NCBI GenBank assembly: GCA_043747815.1
Contig: JAYTOL010000262.1
Span: 1-32,000 of the forward strand
DNA from: Deltaproteobacteria bacterium
Lineage (GTDB): Bacteria; Myxococcota_A; Polyangia; Polyangiales; Polyangiaceae
DNA: 32,000 nt
Reading direction: 5' to 3'
A program made the translations under genes and the position numbers. Below, one piece after another: positions 1-10,400 of the stretch (positions are counted from its first letter, which is position 1; the number at the start of each line of letters is the position of its first letter). The notes beneath the pieces were generated by a model that saw nothing but the letters and a program-made list of their open reading frames with translations, was not told where the DNA came from and ran no database searches.

Positions 1-64
1 GAAACTCGCACGGAATTTCCTCGCGTTCCTTCACCTGGCCTCCGCCTTGGTGTGGCTGGCCTGA
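1..64 (+). CDS. Possible 3' end of a CDS that starts upstream of the window (tail KLARNFLAFLHLASALVWLA*)
   Basis: The frame beginning at position 2 is open from the window edge to TGA at 62-64. By hand count 16 of 20 codons end in G/C. It is too short to identify. Confidence 0.25.
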   Translation, partial: KLARNFLAFLHLASALVWLA

Positions 65-109
65 TCGAACGAAAGAGGGGTTTGAAAACACTCCCTAGGT
101 AACGAGGCC

Positions 110-1408
110 ATGAAATTGCGACGCCACGTGCTGGTGGTGGGTGGAGGTTTTGGTGGCCTGGGCGTGACGCGGGCGCTCGCGCGGGAGCCCGTGCACGTCA
201 CGTTGATCGATCGGGCCAACCATCACCTGTTTCAGCCGCTGCTCTATCAGGTGGCCATGGCAGGCCTGGCGCCTAACGAGGTCGCTGTGCCCATCCGCGC
301 GGTGCTCAGCGCGCAGGAGAACGCTCGCGTGCTCTTGGCCGAGGTGACGCTGATCGATCTCTCGGCTCGGCTCGTCAGCTCGAAGCAAGCTCTGCCGCTC
401 ACGTACGACTACTTGGTGGTCGCGACCGGCGCTGAAAACACCTACTTCGGTCATGACGAGTGGCAGAGCGTGGCCCCGGGCTTGAAGGACCTCGACGAGG
501 CGCTCGAGATTCGCCGGCGCGTGCTCTTGGCGTTCGAAGCAGCGGAGCGCGAGCCTGACCCCGCCGTGCAACGCAGGCACCTGACGTTTGTCGTGATCGG
601 CGGCGGCGCGACGGGTGTCGAATTGGCCGGCGCGATCGCGGAGCTCGCGACCTTCGTGCTCGCGCGCGACTTTCGCGCGATCCACTCGGACGCGACCCGC
701 GTGATCTTGCTGGAGGGGGGGACGCAGATCCTGGCGAGCTTTACGCCGACGCTCTCGGCGAGCGCTCAGAAGAGCCTCACCGCCATGGGCGTGGAGGTGC
801 GTACGGGCCGGCGTGTGACGGCCATCGATGCCACGGGCGTTTGCTGCGGGGAGGAGCGCATCGAGGCCTCGACGGTCTTGTGGGCAGCAGGCGTGCGAGC
901 CTCGCCCCTGGCTGCCCGCATCGGGCTCGCGGTGGATCGCCAGGGTCGCGCGCTCGTCCAACAGGACTGCTCGGTCAAGGGCCACCCCGAGGTCTTCGTG
1001 ATCGGAGACGCCGCGAGCTTTATCCCCGAGGGTCAGGAAAAAACCTTGCCCGGAGTGAGCCCGGTCGCGATGCAACAGGCCCGCTTCGTCGCGCGGCAGA
1101 TCGCCCGTAGCCTGGACGGGCTACCGCGCGAGAGCTTCAAATACGTGGACAAAGGCTCGATGGCGACGATCGGCCGCAGCCGCGCGGTGGCCATGCTGGG
1201 TCGCCTCGAGCTCAGCGGGTTCGTCGCGTGGCTCGCGTGGCTCGCGCTCCACATCTTCTACCTGATCGGCTTCCGCAACCGCATCGTGGTGCTGCTCGAC
1301 TGGGCCTGGGCCTACTTCGGCTATCGCCGCGGCTCGCGCCTGATCACGGGCCATCGGCTCGAGCCCGGCGCACCGATCGATCCTCCCAAGTCAGAGCGCG
1401 CGCTCTGA
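110..1408 (+). CDS. ndh: Type II NADH dehydrogenase (NDH-2), FAD-dependent pyridine nucleotide-disulfide oxidoreductase
   Basis: 432 aa with two dinucleotide-binding GxGxxG motifs (VLVVGGGFGGLG at the N-terminus, FVVIGGGATGVELAG mid-protein). It has a GD motif (VFVIGDAA) and a hydrophobic C-terminal membrane-association segment (FVAWLAWLALHIFYLIGF). GAGG lies just upstream of the ATG. Confidence 0.9.
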   Translation: MKLRRHVLVVGGGFGGLGVTRALAREPVHVTLIDRANHHLFQPLLYQVAMAGLAPNEVAVPIRAVLSAQENARVLLAEVTLIDLSARLVSSKQALPLTYDYLVVATGAENTYFGHDEWQSVAPGLKDLDEALEIRRRVLLAFEAAEREPDPAVQRRHLTFVVIGGGATGVELAGAIAELATFVLARDFRAIHSDATRVILLEGGTQILASFTPTLSASAQKSLTAMGVEVRTGRRVTAIDATGVCCGEERIEASTVLWAAGVRASPLAARIGLAVDRQGRALVQQDCSVKGHPEVFVIGDAASFIPEGQEKTLPGVSPVAMQQARFVARQIARSLDGLPRESFKYVDKGSMATIGRSRAVAMLGRLELSGFVAWLAWLALHIFYLIGFRNRIVVLLDWAWAYFGYRRGSRLITGHRLEPGAPIDPPKSERAL

Positions 1409-1423
1409 GAACATGGCTGCCCT

Positions 1424-2959
1424 TTAGAAACCGCTCGGCGGCTTCGATTTCCCGAACAGCCGCCTTAATTTCCCGAACAGGCTGGGCCTGAAATCCGCGT
1501 CCAAATCGTCGCTCGTGCTGGACTCGGAGTGGGGTGCCAGGCTGGGCGGCGCGAAGTTCTGGGTGTCGAAGCCTGGGCTCAGGGACGCTGGGTCGTGGGC
1601 GGGGGTCGGGGGTGGATACGCTACGGCGGACGCTCTGACGGGCGGCGCCGGCGGCGAATGTAGCGGTGGTGTGTGTGGCGCCGGAGGCCCCGGATAGGTG
1701 GCGGTCACGGGCGCTGGAGTGGACGTTGAAAAGCCCTGGGGCAGGGGCGGAAAGCTGATCGGCGCGCGGCGGGCGGGCGGCTCCGACGGTGGCCAAAAAG
1801 GCTCGGCAGGCTCCTCCGCCGCAGCTCCCGCGCGGTGCTCGGCGGGGGCAGGTGTCGGCAGGGGCGCTGACGGCTCCCGGCTGGCTGCTGGTCGCCGTGA
1901 GCTCGGTTGCTCCAAGGTGACCGGCTCCCCAGGCGCGACGCTATGACGTGCGAGCAAGGCGTCGAGCAGTGTCACCAAGCGCTGCGCGTCGAGCCCGTGT
2001 CGGGCCGCCTCGGGATGCAACATGCCGAGCACCAGGTCATTGACGGCCGGGGGGACCTCGATCGGGGTGTTGCATTGTGCAAAACTGAGGGGCGGCCCAT
2101 TCGGCCCCGAAGCCCCGAACGAATCGAGAACGAAGGGGGGCTGGCCAGCGATCATCTCGAAGCTGATCACGCCCAGCGAGTACACGTCGATGGCGGGGCT
2201 CGCACCCGTCAGATCGGCGGGCAGATACAGCCGGGTCCGGAGCGCCAGCCGCCGCGCTTCGTCTTCGTTCGGTGCCACGGCGCGCAGGTTGACGGGGATG
2301 CCTGCGATCCCAAAGTCGACGACCTTGATCAGATCCCCCGGGCCTGCGCCGCCCTGAACGAGCACGTTCTCCGGCTTGAGCCGGCCGTGAGCGATATCTC
2401 GAGCGTGCGCAGCGGCCAACGCCGAGGCAATTTGTCGAGCGATCGACAGCGCGCGCCGCACCGGCAGACCGCCCCCCCGCAGGATCGTGCGCAACGTCAC
2501 GCCGGGCACGCGCCCTCGGCTCACGAAGGCGCTGCCGTCGGAGAGCGCTCCAAAGTCGTTGATGGGTGCGACGTGGGGATGATCGAAATGCGCGAGCGCG
2601 AGGGTTTGCCGAACCTGCCAGGCGAAGTGCTCGAGCGGGAGCTCCGCGGAGCGCGGCAAGAGCTTGACCGTCACCTGACGGCCGCGCGACGACTCGGCCT
2701 CACAAGCGATACCCATCGGCCCGCGCCCGAGCACGCTCGTGATCCGGTAGCGGCTGCCGAGCACGCCTCCGATCAAGCCTTCGGGGCGCGCGAGCCAGTC
2801 CGCGGGGATCTCTGTCGCTGCCAGGGTGGACCCCGTCACACCCTGGGAGTTGGGGGGAGGGGGTCCAGCAGCCACCGACCGAGCGGTGCCGGAGAGCTCC
2901 GCGTTCGCCTCGCCCTCGGGCGTCGCCAGTACCTTGGGAGGCGGCCAAACCATGAACAT
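1424..2959 (-). CDS. Hanks-type Ser/Thr protein kinase-like protein with Pro-rich low-complexity C-terminal tail; catalytic loop degenerate (probable pseudokinase)
   Basis: Motifs present are the G-loop LGRGPMG, the beta3 lysine in VTVKLL, DFG (VVDFGIAG) and DVYSLGV. The catalytic loop reads HGRLKPEN instead of HRDLKPxN. The C-terminal roughly 200 aa are Pro/Ala/Ser-rich. An alternative ATG lies at 2953. Confidence 0.85.
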   Translation of the reverse strand: MFMVWPPPKVLATPEGEANAELSGTARSVAAGPPPPNSQGVTGSTLAATEIPADWLARPEGLIGGVLGSRYRITSVLGRGPMGIACEAESSRGRQVTVKLLPRSAELPLEHFAWQVRQTLALAHFDHPHVAPINDFGALSDGSAFVSRGRVPGVTLRTILRGGGLPVRRALSIARQIASALAAAHARDIAHGRLKPENVLVQGGAGPGDLIKVVDFGIAGIPVNLRAVAPNEDEARRLALRTRLYLPADLTGASPAIDVYSLGVISFEMIAGQPPFVLDSFGASGPNGPPLSFAQCNTPIEVPPAVNDLVLGMLHPEAARHGLDAQRLVTLLDALLARHSVAPGEPVTLEQPSSRRPAASREPSAPLPTPAPAEHRAGAAAEEPAEPFWPPSEPPARRAPISFPPLPQGFSTSTPAPVTATYPGPPAPHTPPLHSPPAPPVRASAVAYPPPTPAHDPASLSPGFDTQNFAPPSLAPHSESSTSDDLDADFRPSLFGKLRRLFGKSKPPSGF

Positions 2960-3051
2960 TCACATAAAGCAAAAGCCCACTCTCCTGCAAAACATCGCGT
3001 CGATTTCGCGCGCCGAGCGCGAGGTGCGCGCGTGTGTGCGGGGGCCCCGCC

Positions 3052-6000
3052 TCAGCCTTCTGCGATCTCCTGCAGCATGCGCCGTGCGAGCTCCAGGCCG
3101 CCGGCGCTGCGTTCCCGTTCAGTAGCCCGTCTCACGACCTGGCCGTGCGGAGTGACGCGATACACCTCGGGGCGCTCGACCGCGAGCTGGGTGATCTTGG
3201 CCGTATTCAAGGGTGTATCGTCTCGCAGGTGCAGGGTGACCGCGCGCGCGCTGGCCTCGCAACCGAGCACCTTCAGCTTGCGCAGGTTCGCCTTGAGCTG
3301 CATCAGCTCGATCAGGTTCTGCGCCGTGCGCGGCAAGGCCCCGAAGCGGTCCTCGATCTCGATCGAGAGCTCGATCACGCGAGCCTCGTCACTGGCCCCT
3401 GCCAGCCGCTTGTAGAGCGACAGCCGGACGCCCACCTCTGGCACGTAGTCCGCCGGCAAGAGCGCTTCGATGTCGACGCTGATTTCTGGATCGACGTCGT
3501 GCTCCACCTCTTGACCGCGGAGCTCCTGGGTGGCCTCGGCCAGCATCTGGCAAAACAGGTCGAAGCCGACGCTCGCCACCGCGCCACTCTGCTCGGCGCC
3601 GAGGAAGTTGCCCGAGCCGCGCAGCTCCATATCCAGCTCGGCGATCTGCAAGCCCGAGCCGAGCTCCGCGTAGCGGGTCAGAGCATCCACGCGCAGGCGC
3701 GCCTCGTCGCTGAGCTCACTCGGCGCCGGGACCAGCAGGTAGCAGTAAGCGCGTTCGCTCGAGCGACCCACGCGCCCGCGAAGCTGGTACAGCTGGGCCA
3801 GCCCAAACAGGTCGGCTCGGTCGATGATCATCGTATTGGCGCGCGGGATGTCCAGGCCACTCTCCACGATGGCCGTCGCGACCAGCACGTCGAAGTCGCC
3901 CTGGACGAAGCCGAGCATGGTGCGTTCCAGCACCGTCTCCGTGAGCTGGCCGTGCCCGATCGCGACCCGGGCGCGGGGCACCAGGGCTCGGATCCGCGCC
4001 GCTCGTTCGGCGATGCCCTGGACGCGATTGTAGACGTAGTACACCTGACCGCCGCGGCTGAGCTCCCGCTCGATCACGCTCTGCACCAGGCTGTCGTCGT
4101 AGCGGGCCGTCGTGGTGCGCACCGCGCGCCGATCCAGGGGCGCCGTGGCGATGATCGAAAGATCCTGCATGCCGCCCACCGCCAGCTGCAGCGTGCGCGG
4201 GATGGGCGTCGCGCTCAAGGTGAGCACGTCGATGTCCTTCTTGAGCTGTTTGATGCGTTCCTTCGCCACCACACCGAAGCGTTGCTCTTCGTCCACGATC
4301 AGCATGCCGAGGCGCTTGAAGTGGACGTCCTTCGAGAGCAGACGGTGCGTGCCGACGACGATGTCGACGCTGCCCGCGCGCAGCGCCATCGCCACCTGTG
4401 CCTGAGCCTTCTTGTTCCTGAACCGGCTCAGCATTTCGACTTTCACCGGGTACTCGGCGAAGCGGCGCTGGATGGTCTGATAGTGCTGGTTGGCGAGGAT
4501 GGTGGTCGGGCAGAGCAGGGCCACCTGGTGCCCCGCCATGACGTGACGGAACGCAGCTCTCAGCGCCACTTCCGTCTTGCCGAAGCCGACGTCGCCGCAG
4601 ACCAGACGGTCCATGACCCGCGGCCGCTCCAGGTCGGCCATGATGTCGGCGATGGCCGTCGCCTGATCGGGCGTCTCTTCAAAGGGAAACGCCGCTTCGA
4701 ACGCCAGGTATTCGGCGTCGATCGCAGGCAGCGTCGAGCGTTCGGTGGCGGCGCGCTCCGCGTACAAGCGCAGGAGCTCGTCGGCCATCTCCCGCACCTT
4801 GCCTTTGACCTTGGCCTTGGTCTTGGCAAAGGTCTGCCCCCCGAGCCGATCCAGCCGCGTCTCGGCGTCGCCGCCGCCGAGCTTCTGCACCTGGTTCATG
4901 CGGTAGACCGGCACGAACAGCTTGTCACCGCCGCGGTACTCGACGACCAAGAGGTCGACGGAGGCGCCGGCGAGCTGTTTGTGTTCGAGCCCGAGGTAAC
5001 GCCCGATGCCGTGCTCCACGTGCACCACGTGATCACCGGGCGCGAGCGCGCGCAGATCTTCCAGCGCGGCGCGGGCGCTCTGCTTGCGCGGTGGGGAGCG
5101 GTGAGCGCGGCGACCAAACACCTCTTCTTCGGTGACGAAGACGTAGCCCAGGCTCTCGGCGATCAAGCCGCGCGTCAGCCCGCCCACGCGCACGCTGACG
5201 GAGCCGGGGCTAGCAGAGCTCTCGCCCTCCCGCAGCCGGATGTCGCGGTCGGAGAGCAGCGTCGACAGGCGCCGCGCCTGAGTGTCGGTGCGGGCCGTGA
5301 AGATCACGGATAGCCCGAGCTCGCGCCACTCGCCCAGCCGTCGGATCAACGGGGCGAGGGTCTGGTGACCGCCCTGCCCGCGTTGACCCATGGCGCGCTC
5401 CAGCTCTGCTTGATCCTCGAAGCCCAGAGTCGGCGTCTCTAGCGGGCTGAGCTCCAGCGCGGCCAAGCCCTCGGGGCTCTCGTGGCTCCCCACCGTGCTT
5501 TGATGGGCGAGGATGGCGCGCGCCGCCTCGATTTGGGCGACCAGCTCTGGCTCGCTCAGGAACAACTCTTCGACGGGGAAGCGTGGGTACTCGGCCTGGC
5601 GCTCGTAGCTCGCCTGCATGGCGGAGAGGGTGCTCTTGATCTCCGCCACGACGTCCGCGGGGCGCTCGAACAGGCTGATGCAGCCAGCCGGCAAGTAGTC
5701 CCAGAGTGAGACCAGGGGGTAACAGGCGGGCAGGTAGCCCTCCGCACCAAACAAACTGTGACCGTCGACCAGATCCTCGAGCAGCCGCCGAGTCTTGCCG
5801 CTCGGAAAGTTGGCGGCGTCACACAACGCGCGCAGGCGCGCAACGGCGCGTTCTTTCACGTCTCCCGTTACCAGCAACTCGGTCGCCGGCGGCAACCAGA
5901 CGTGGTCGACGCTTTCACCGGTGCGTTGCGTGTCGGGGTCGAAGCGCTTGAGGCTGACGATGCTGTCCCCCGACAGCTCGATGCGCACCGGCAACGCGGC

Positions 6001-6627
6001 GTCGGCGGGCCAGACGTCGAGCAGGCCACCGCGCACCGCAACGCAGCCCGGGTCCTCCACGACCGGGTGCCGTTGATAACCCGCGCGCGTCAACGCGCTC
6101 ACCACTTCGCTCATGTCGAGCGTGGCATCACGCCGCAGGGTGAGGGCGTGCGCGCACAGGGGGGCGGGCGGGATGACGCGGCGTAACAATCCCGCTGCGC
6201 TGGTCACCAGAAAGCGAAACGGGCGTTTTTCCGCTAGCGCCGTCAGCGTGCTCAAGCGCTGCATCGCGGGGCGTCGGTCGGGGTGGACGTGATCGTAAGG
6301 CGAGCTCTCGCTCGGCAAGAGCAGCCGCACCGGGTCCGGCATGGGCTCGGCCTCGGCGAGGCTCAGGCGCGGATCTCCGAGCAGGTAACGCAGATCGCGC
6401 GCCGCCGCCTCGGCGCTCTCGGCGTCTGGCGCGACATACAAGATCGGCGCCTGCGTGTGGCGGGCGGCAGCGATGCCGAGGACGGGCGCGCCGGCTCCGC
6501 GCACCCCGCCGATGTGGAAAATTCGGCGTGCCCGCCCGGCTGAGTCGCTCTCTGCGCCCCGCTCGCCCAGGGTCGCGACAAACGCGTCGAGCGTGCAAAG
6601 GCTCGTCGGGTGCTCTCGAACCTGCAT
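3052..6627 (-). CDS. mfd: Transcription-repair coupling factor Mfd
   Basis: About 1190 aa with a CarD-like segment [18 protein letters not shown]. It has Walker [12 protein letters not shown], a DEEQRFGV box and helicase C motifs ([26 protein letters not shown]). I prefer the ATG at 6627 (MQVREHP...) over the track start 6675, which would overlap the upstream gene by 25 nt. Confidence 0.95.
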   Translation of the reverse strand: MQVREHPTSLCTLDAFVATLGERGAESDSAGRARRIFHIGGVRGAGAPVLGIAAARHTQAPILYVAPDAESAEAAARDLRYLLGDPRLSLAEAEPMPDPVRLLLPSESSPYDHVHPDRRPAMQRLSTLTALAEKRPFRFLVTSAAGLLRRVIPPAPLCAHALTLRRDATLDMSEVVSALTRAGYQRHPVVEDPGCVAVRGGLLDVWPADAALPVRIELSGDSIVSLKRFDPDTQRTGESVDHVWLPPATELLVTGDVKERAVARLRALCDAANFPSGKTRRLLEDLVDGHSLFGAEGYLPACYPLVSLWDYLPAGCISLFERPADVVAEIKSTLSAMQASYERQAEYPRFPVEELFLSEPELVAQIEAARAILAHQSTVGSHESPEGLAALELSPLETPTLGFEDQAELERAMGQRGQGGHQTLAPLIRRLGEWRELGLSVIFTARTDTQARRLSTLLSDRDIRLREGESSASPGSVSVRVGGLTRGLIAESLGYVFVTEEEVFGRRAHRSPPRKQSARAALEDLRALAPGDHVVHVEHGIGRYLGLEHKQLAGASVDLLVVEYRGGDKLFVPVYRMNQVQKLGGGDAETRLDRLGGQTFAKTKAKVKGKVREMADELLRLYAERAATERSTLPAIDAEYLAFEAAFPFEETPDQATAIADIMADLERPRVMDRLVCGDVGFGKTEVALRAAFRHVMAGHQVALLCPTTILANQHYQTIQRRFAEYPVKVEMLSRFRNKKAQAQVAMALRAGSVDIVVGTHRLLSKDVHFKRLGMLIVDEEQRFGVVAKERIKQLKKDIDVLTLSATPIPRTLQLAVGGMQDLSIIATAPLDRRAVRTTTARYDDSLVQSVIERELSRGGQVYYVYNRVQGIAERAARIRALVPRARVAIGHGQLTETVLERTMLGFVQGDFDVLVATAIVESGLDIPRANTMIIDRADLFGLAQLYQLRGRVGRSSERAYCYLLVPAPSELSDEARLRVDALTRYAELGSGLQIAELDMELRGSGNFLGAEQSGAVASVGFDLFCQMLAEATQELRGQEVEHDVDPEISVDIEALLPADYVPEVGVRLSLYKRLAGASDEARVIELSIEIEDRFGALPRTAQNLIELMQLKANLRKLKVLGCEASARAVTLHLRDDTPLNTAKITQLAVERPEVYRVTPHGQVVRRATERERSAGGLELARRMLQEIAEG

Positions 6628-6650
6628 GCTAGATGGAGGCGCCGCTTTGC

Positions 6651-7535
6651 TCACTCGACGAGCTGCGCGCCGCACGCGGCCAGGTAGTTCTGAGCGCGCA
6701 GCGTCCAGGGACCGTCTGGGGAAATCTCGAGGTGCATGCGCAGCTCACCTGCAGACTCGGCCGGGGCTCCGCGCTGATATAGGAGAATGCCCCGCGCCAA
6801 ATGACGCGGATAGTCTTGATCATGCTTGGCCAGGGCGGCGACATAGCCCAACTTGCGCTGTAAATCGCCGTCGGCATCGGGCGCCTCTCCTATGGGGCGC
6901 CCCAGCAGAAAACGGTAGTAAGCTCGCCATTCGTTCAGCGTCGGCGCAAACGGCTGACCTTGGGTCAGCCCGAGCGTGTCCGTCCAATAGATTCGGAACA
7001 GCGTGCGCAGCTCTTTGTCGTCGGCGCCGAGCGGTGCGGGCTCGAACCAGCCCCGGCCGACGCCGATGGCGAGCAGGCTGCCCCCCAGCTCCCTTTGCTC
7101 GGACGTCGGCTCGTCACCCGAGCGCTGAGAGATCGCCTGCGCGAAGAGCTCGGCTTGCAGGGCCCGGAGCTCTAGCAGGCGCTCGGGCCCGTGGCGCTCG
7201 AGCGCCACATCCAACAGCCGATGCAGCTGTTTTCGGTTCTGGGATGTGGTTTCCGAGCCTTCAAAGGCGGCCCGACCCACACGCCGTAACGCCTCGCCGA
7301 CAGCCCGAACCTCGATCGGCAGACCCGCTCGGCCGAGCTCGAAGCGCTGTCGCTCCGCTTCAAACGTGCGACGTTGCTCGGGGCGGTCGATCACGGGGGG
7401 CGGGACTGAATCCGGCTCGACTTTGCGCGGGACCACGAGGGCCGCGCTCAGAGCACACAGAAAAACGATCCAAAGCCCTACCGGCCAACCCTCGAGCTGC
7501 TCGCCCATGCGACGGACAATGGGATGGTCGCTCAT
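6651..7535 (-). CDS. Hypothetical membrane-anchored protein (single N-terminal TM helix WPVGLWIVFLCALSAALVV)
   Basis: The frame is open for 304 codons and I prefer the ATG at 7535 (MSDHPIV...). The gene ends 23 nt before the mfd start on the same strand, so co-transcription is likely. I recognise no domain. Confidence 0.6.
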   Translation of the reverse strand: MSDHPIVRRMGEQLEGWPVGLWIVFLCALSAALVVPRKVEPDSVPPPVIDRPEQRRTFEAERQRFELGRAGLPIEVRAVGEALRRVGRAAFEGSETTSQNRKQLHRLLDVALERHGPERLLELRALQAELFAQAISQRSGDEPTSEQRELGGSLLAIGVGRGWFEPAPLGADDKELRTLFRIYWTDTLGLTQGQPFAPTLNEWRAYYRFLLGRPIGEAPDADGDLQRKLGYVAALAKHDQDYPRHLARGILLYQRGAPAESAGELRMHLEISPDGPWTLRAQNYLAACGAQLVE

Positions 7536-7612
7536 GCGCGCCCCGGTAATGCTGCTGGACACCACCGGCCTGGCTGTTTATGAGCGAGATGCACCGACCG
7601 TAGAGTCATATC

Positions 7613-7915
7613 GTGACCGAGCAACGCAAGTATCATCGAGTTCCCGTCGACCTCAGCGTCACCTGCCTGCTGGGCGAGGAGGAGTTTGAAGGCTCGGTCA
7701 AGGATCTGAGCGTGGGCGGCATGTTCATCGAGTGTGAGACGCAGCCCCCGTTCGCCAGCAAGCTCATTCTGCTGATCCCCGGCATCAGCGCTCGGGAGCT
7801 GCGCATCCCCGCGGTCGTACGCTGGGCAGAGCCGCGCGGCTTTGGCGTTCAGTTCGGCTTGCTCGGGGGCTACGCTACGCACGCCATCGTGGATCTGGTG
7901 AAGAAAAGATCGTGA
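7613..7915 (+). CDS. PilZ domain protein (putative c-di-GMP receptor)
   Basis: 100 aa with both PilZ signature motifs, RxxxR (RKYHR) and DxSxxG (DLSVGG). The start is GTG and the stop overlaps the GTG start of the next gene (GTGA). Confidence 0.85.
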   Translation: MTEQRKYHRVPVDLSVTCLLGEEEFEGSVKDLSVGGMFIECETQPPFASKLILLIPGISARELRIPAVVRWAEPRGFGVQFGLLGGYATHAIVDLVKKRS

Positions 7916-8577
7916 TTGTACCCGAGCTCCCAGAGCAGTTCTTGGTCGAGTTTGTGCCGCGCTACTTCGCGGAGCTGACGGCACGAAAAGCCCCGGCGTC
8001 GGACGCGGGGGGGGGGCAAAGTGATGGCGGTGGTCGGCGCAGCGGGCGCTCGCCGGCGCCGGTGGGGGTCCTCGTGCGCGTCGTCGGGTCGGGGGAGTGG
8101 ACGCTGCGCCTCGTCGCCGACCGCCTGGAGGTCACGCCGGGTGTGGCGCTGGACGTGGCGCTGGCCATCAGTCTGTTGGCTCGCGATTTTGCGCCGCTCG
8201 TGGTGGAGCCCGTGCGCCGCGCGCTCGCGGCTGCGGCATCCGAGGGCGGCGTGGCCAAAACCAGCGCCGCGGCTGCGAATGGCATTTGGGCGCGGCTCGG
8301 GCGTTGGGATGAAGAGACCGTCGATTTGCTGCGGCGCCAGACAGGTCGCATCCTCGTGCGCGTGGACGACCTCGGAACGAGCCGCAACGTCGCCTTGACC
8401 CCGGGAGCGCAGGCGTTCTCGCTCGAGGAGGCAGAATGCAGCATTCAATGCGAGCTCGCCGACCTCTACGAGCTGCAGGCCAAAAGAAAAAACCCCCTCG
8501 ATCTGTTTTACGAGGGGCAAATCCGGATCACGGGCGACGCGCAAATCGCGCTGGCGATGGCCGGCCTGTTCCTCTGA
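7912..8577 (+). CDS. SCP2 / sterol-carrier-like lipid-binding domain protein
   Basis: 221 aa with an SCP2-type C-terminal signature (DLFYEGQIRITGDAQIALAMAGLF). It is translationally coupled to the PilZ gene. Confidence 0.65.
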   Translation: MIVPELPEQFLVEFVPRYFAELTARKAPASDAGGGQSDGGGRRSGRSPAPVGVLVRVVGSGEWTLRLVADRLEVTPGVALDVALAISLLARDFAPLVVEPVRRALAAAASEGGVAKTSAAAANGIWARLGRWDEETVDLLRRQTGRILVRVDDLGTSRNVALTPGAQAFSLEEAECSIQCELADLYELQAKRKNPLDLFYEGQIRITGDAQIALAMAGLFL

Positions 8578-8619
8578 CGCTCCCCATTTCTCCGCTACGA
8601 GCCCGAGAGGAGAGCGAGA

Positions 8620-9570
8620 GTGGCGGACCCCGGAGAACCAAGCCGGTGGTCTGCCAAACACGATCGCGGAGGGCTCGCGATTGAAGCTCGCGCCATCAGC
8701 AAGGTGTATCGGGGGTGGCTCGGCAGCGGCGACCGGCAAGCGCTCTCGGATCTGAACCTGTCCTTGCCTCGCGGGACGGCGTTCGGGCTGATCGGTGCCA
8801 ATGGTGCCGGCAAGACCACCTTCGTCAAGACGCTGCTCGGAGTGGTCACCCCGTCGGGTGGCGAGCTTCGGGTGCTTGGCGGGGAGCCGGCGGAGGTGAC
8901 GGTGCGAGCCCGCATCGGCTATGTGCCGGAGCGGCTGGCGCTCCCTCCGGCGTGGACGGGGCGGGCCTATTTGCACAGCGTGGCCCGCCTCAAGCGCGTG
9001 CGCGACGCGCGCGCTGACGTCACGCGCCAGCTGGACAGGGTCGGCCTCGGCAGTGAAGCGGAGCGCCGCATCGGACAGTTCTCTAAAGGTATGCGCCAAC
9101 GTCTGGCCCTCGCCGCGGCGTTGCTCGGCGCGCCCGAGCTCTTGATCCTGGACGAACCTACCGACGGCGTGGACCCGCTCGGGCGCGCCGAGATCCGCCA
9201 GCTCTTGACCGAAGAGCGCGCGCGCGGAGCGACGCTATTTCTCAATTCGCACCTGTTGTCCGAGACCGAACGCATGTGCGACGCGATCGGTATCCTATCG
9301 CGCGGTAGCCTCGTGCGGCAGGGCAGCGTGCGCGAGCTCTGCGGCGCGCCTGGCGTGTGGCGCGTGCGTTTTGAGCTCGGCAGCGACGCCGCCCTGGAGC
9401 CCTCCAGTTTTCAAAGCTGCCCGGACGGTAGCTACCGCGTGCGCGCTCGCGACGCCGCGGCGCTCGATCGAGAGCTCGGCCTCGCCAGGTCCTCGGGTGC
9501 GCTCCTGATCGAGCTCAGGCCCGACGCCAAGGAGCTCGAAGAGGTGCTGGCCGAGGTGATGTCGGCGTGA
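8620..9570 (+). CDS. ABC transporter ATP-binding protein (ABC-2 exporter type)
   Basis: Walker A GANGAGKTT, signature-like FSKGMRQRL, Walker B LLILDEPTDGVD and H-loop NSHLL. The start is GTG, preceded by GAGGAGAG. Confidence 0.9.
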   Translation: MADPGEPSRWSAKHDRGGLAIEARAISKVYRGWLGSGDRQALSDLNLSLPRGTAFGLIGANGAGKTTFVKTLLGVVTPSGGELRVLGGEPAEVTVRARIGYVPERLALPPAWTGRAYLHSVARLKRVRDARADVTRQLDRVGLGSEAERRIGQFSKGMRQRLALAAALLGAPELLILDEPTDGVDPLGRAEIRQLLTEERARGATLFLNSHLLSETERMCDAIGILSRGSLVRQGSVRELCGAPGVWRVRFELGSDAALEPSSFQSCPDGSYRVRARDAAALDRELGLARSSGALLIELRPDAKELEEVLAEVMSA

Positions 9571-10400
9571 GAGCGGTCTTCAGCCTGATGCTCGACACCT
9601 TGCGCGAAGCGGCAGCGCGCCGCTGGTTCTTTGCCTTCGCCGTGGTGCTGACGTTGCTCATCCTGGCCCTCGTGCTTGGTCTACGGATGGACGTGGTCGA
9701 CGGAGCCCTGGCAGCCACGCGCCTTTTTGGCAACGACGTGAGCCACGACGTGCGTTCTGCCGACGTAGCGCTGCGCAGCGTGTTCGAAGCGGCGACCTAC
9801 GCCGTATTTTACGGCGGCCTCTGTTTTGGTGTGCTCGCCTGCTCCGACTTCGGCCCCGAGCTCTTGTCGCCGGGCCGTATCGAACACTTGCTGAGCTTGC
9901 CCATCCGCCGCGTCGAGCTCCTGCTCGGCACGTTCTTGGGCGTGATGGCGCTGTGCCTGCTCGGCATCGCGTACGGGGCGGGTGGCTTCTTTCTGGTGTT
10001 GTGCGCCAAAGCACAGCTGTGGACGCTGCGCCCGCTGCTCGGGGCGTCGCTCGCGATGGTGGCGTTTTTCGCGGTGTACGCCTGCATGCTGTCATGTGCC
10101 GTGTTCGTGCAGAGCGCCTCGCTGTGTGCAGCGGCGGGCGGGTTATGTCTGCTCGCGGGCGTCGTGGCGGGGCAGCGCGAGGCGCTCGCCGCGTTGCTCG
10201 AGCCAGGCTTCGGTCGTCAGGCGCTGCTCGTCGTCTTGGCCCCGCTGCCGCGCGTCTCCGAGCTCGGTGAGGCGGCGGCGTCAATCGCGATCGGCGGAGC
10301 AGCGCCAGAGTCGCTCTGGCGCCTGGTGACTGGCACGCTCCTGTTTGGCTTGTCAGTATTGGCAGTGGGCGCATGGCGGTTGAGGGACAAGGATTTCTAA
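9567..10400 (+). CDS. ABC-2 type transporter permease (multi-pass membrane protein)
   Basis: 277 aa with about 6 hydrophobic helices. The GTGA start/stop overlap links it to the ATPase gene. An alternative start lies at 9588 (MLDTLRE). Confidence 0.7.
   Translation: MRAVFSLMLDTLREAAARRWFFAFAVVLTLLILALVLGLRMDVVDGALAATRLFGNDVSHDVRSADVALRSVFEAATYAVFYGGLCFGVLACSDFGPELLSPGRIEHLLSLPIRRVELLLGTFLGVMALCLLGIAYGAGGFFLVLCAKAQLWTLRPLLGASLAMVAFFAVYACMLSCAVFVQSASLCAAAGGLCLLAGVVAGQREALAALLEPGFGRQALLVVLAPLPRVSELGEAAASIAIGGAAPESLWRLVTGTLLFGLSVLAVGAWRLRDKDF

Noticed and set aside
1409-1423. Only 15 nt separate the convergent stops of ndh and the kinase-like gene, with no hairpin
   Set aside because: This is noted as tight packing only. 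It gives no evidence for a specific element, and termination signals may lie inside the opposing coding regions.
3034-5313. 759-aa plus-strand ORF, and similar long ORFs. These include 95..1075 (-), 1907..3415 (+), 6455..7549 (+), 7870..9099 (-), 12343..13530 (+), 15241..16188 (+) and 17392..18186 (+). They also include 22649..23770 (+), 24690..25964 (+), 25586..26440 (-), 27799..28680 (-) and 28170..28985 (+).
   Set aside because: Each lies antisense to, or out of frame with, a gene that has clear family motifs (mfd, ndh, the kinase, ABC, tolB, pal, M16 peptidase, ppiD, dinG, the mutS-like gene). Their translations are Arg/Ala/Gly/Pro/His-rich low complexity with no motifs. Such shadow ORFs are expected in GC-rich DNA, where stop codons are rare.
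10327-10345. TGGCACGCTCCTGTTTGGC inside the permease gene, considered as a sigma54 promoter for the 10373 gene
   Set aside because: The -12 element is TGTT rather than TTGC. The site is intragenic, and the downstream gene overlaps its neighbour, which is consistent with operon read-through.
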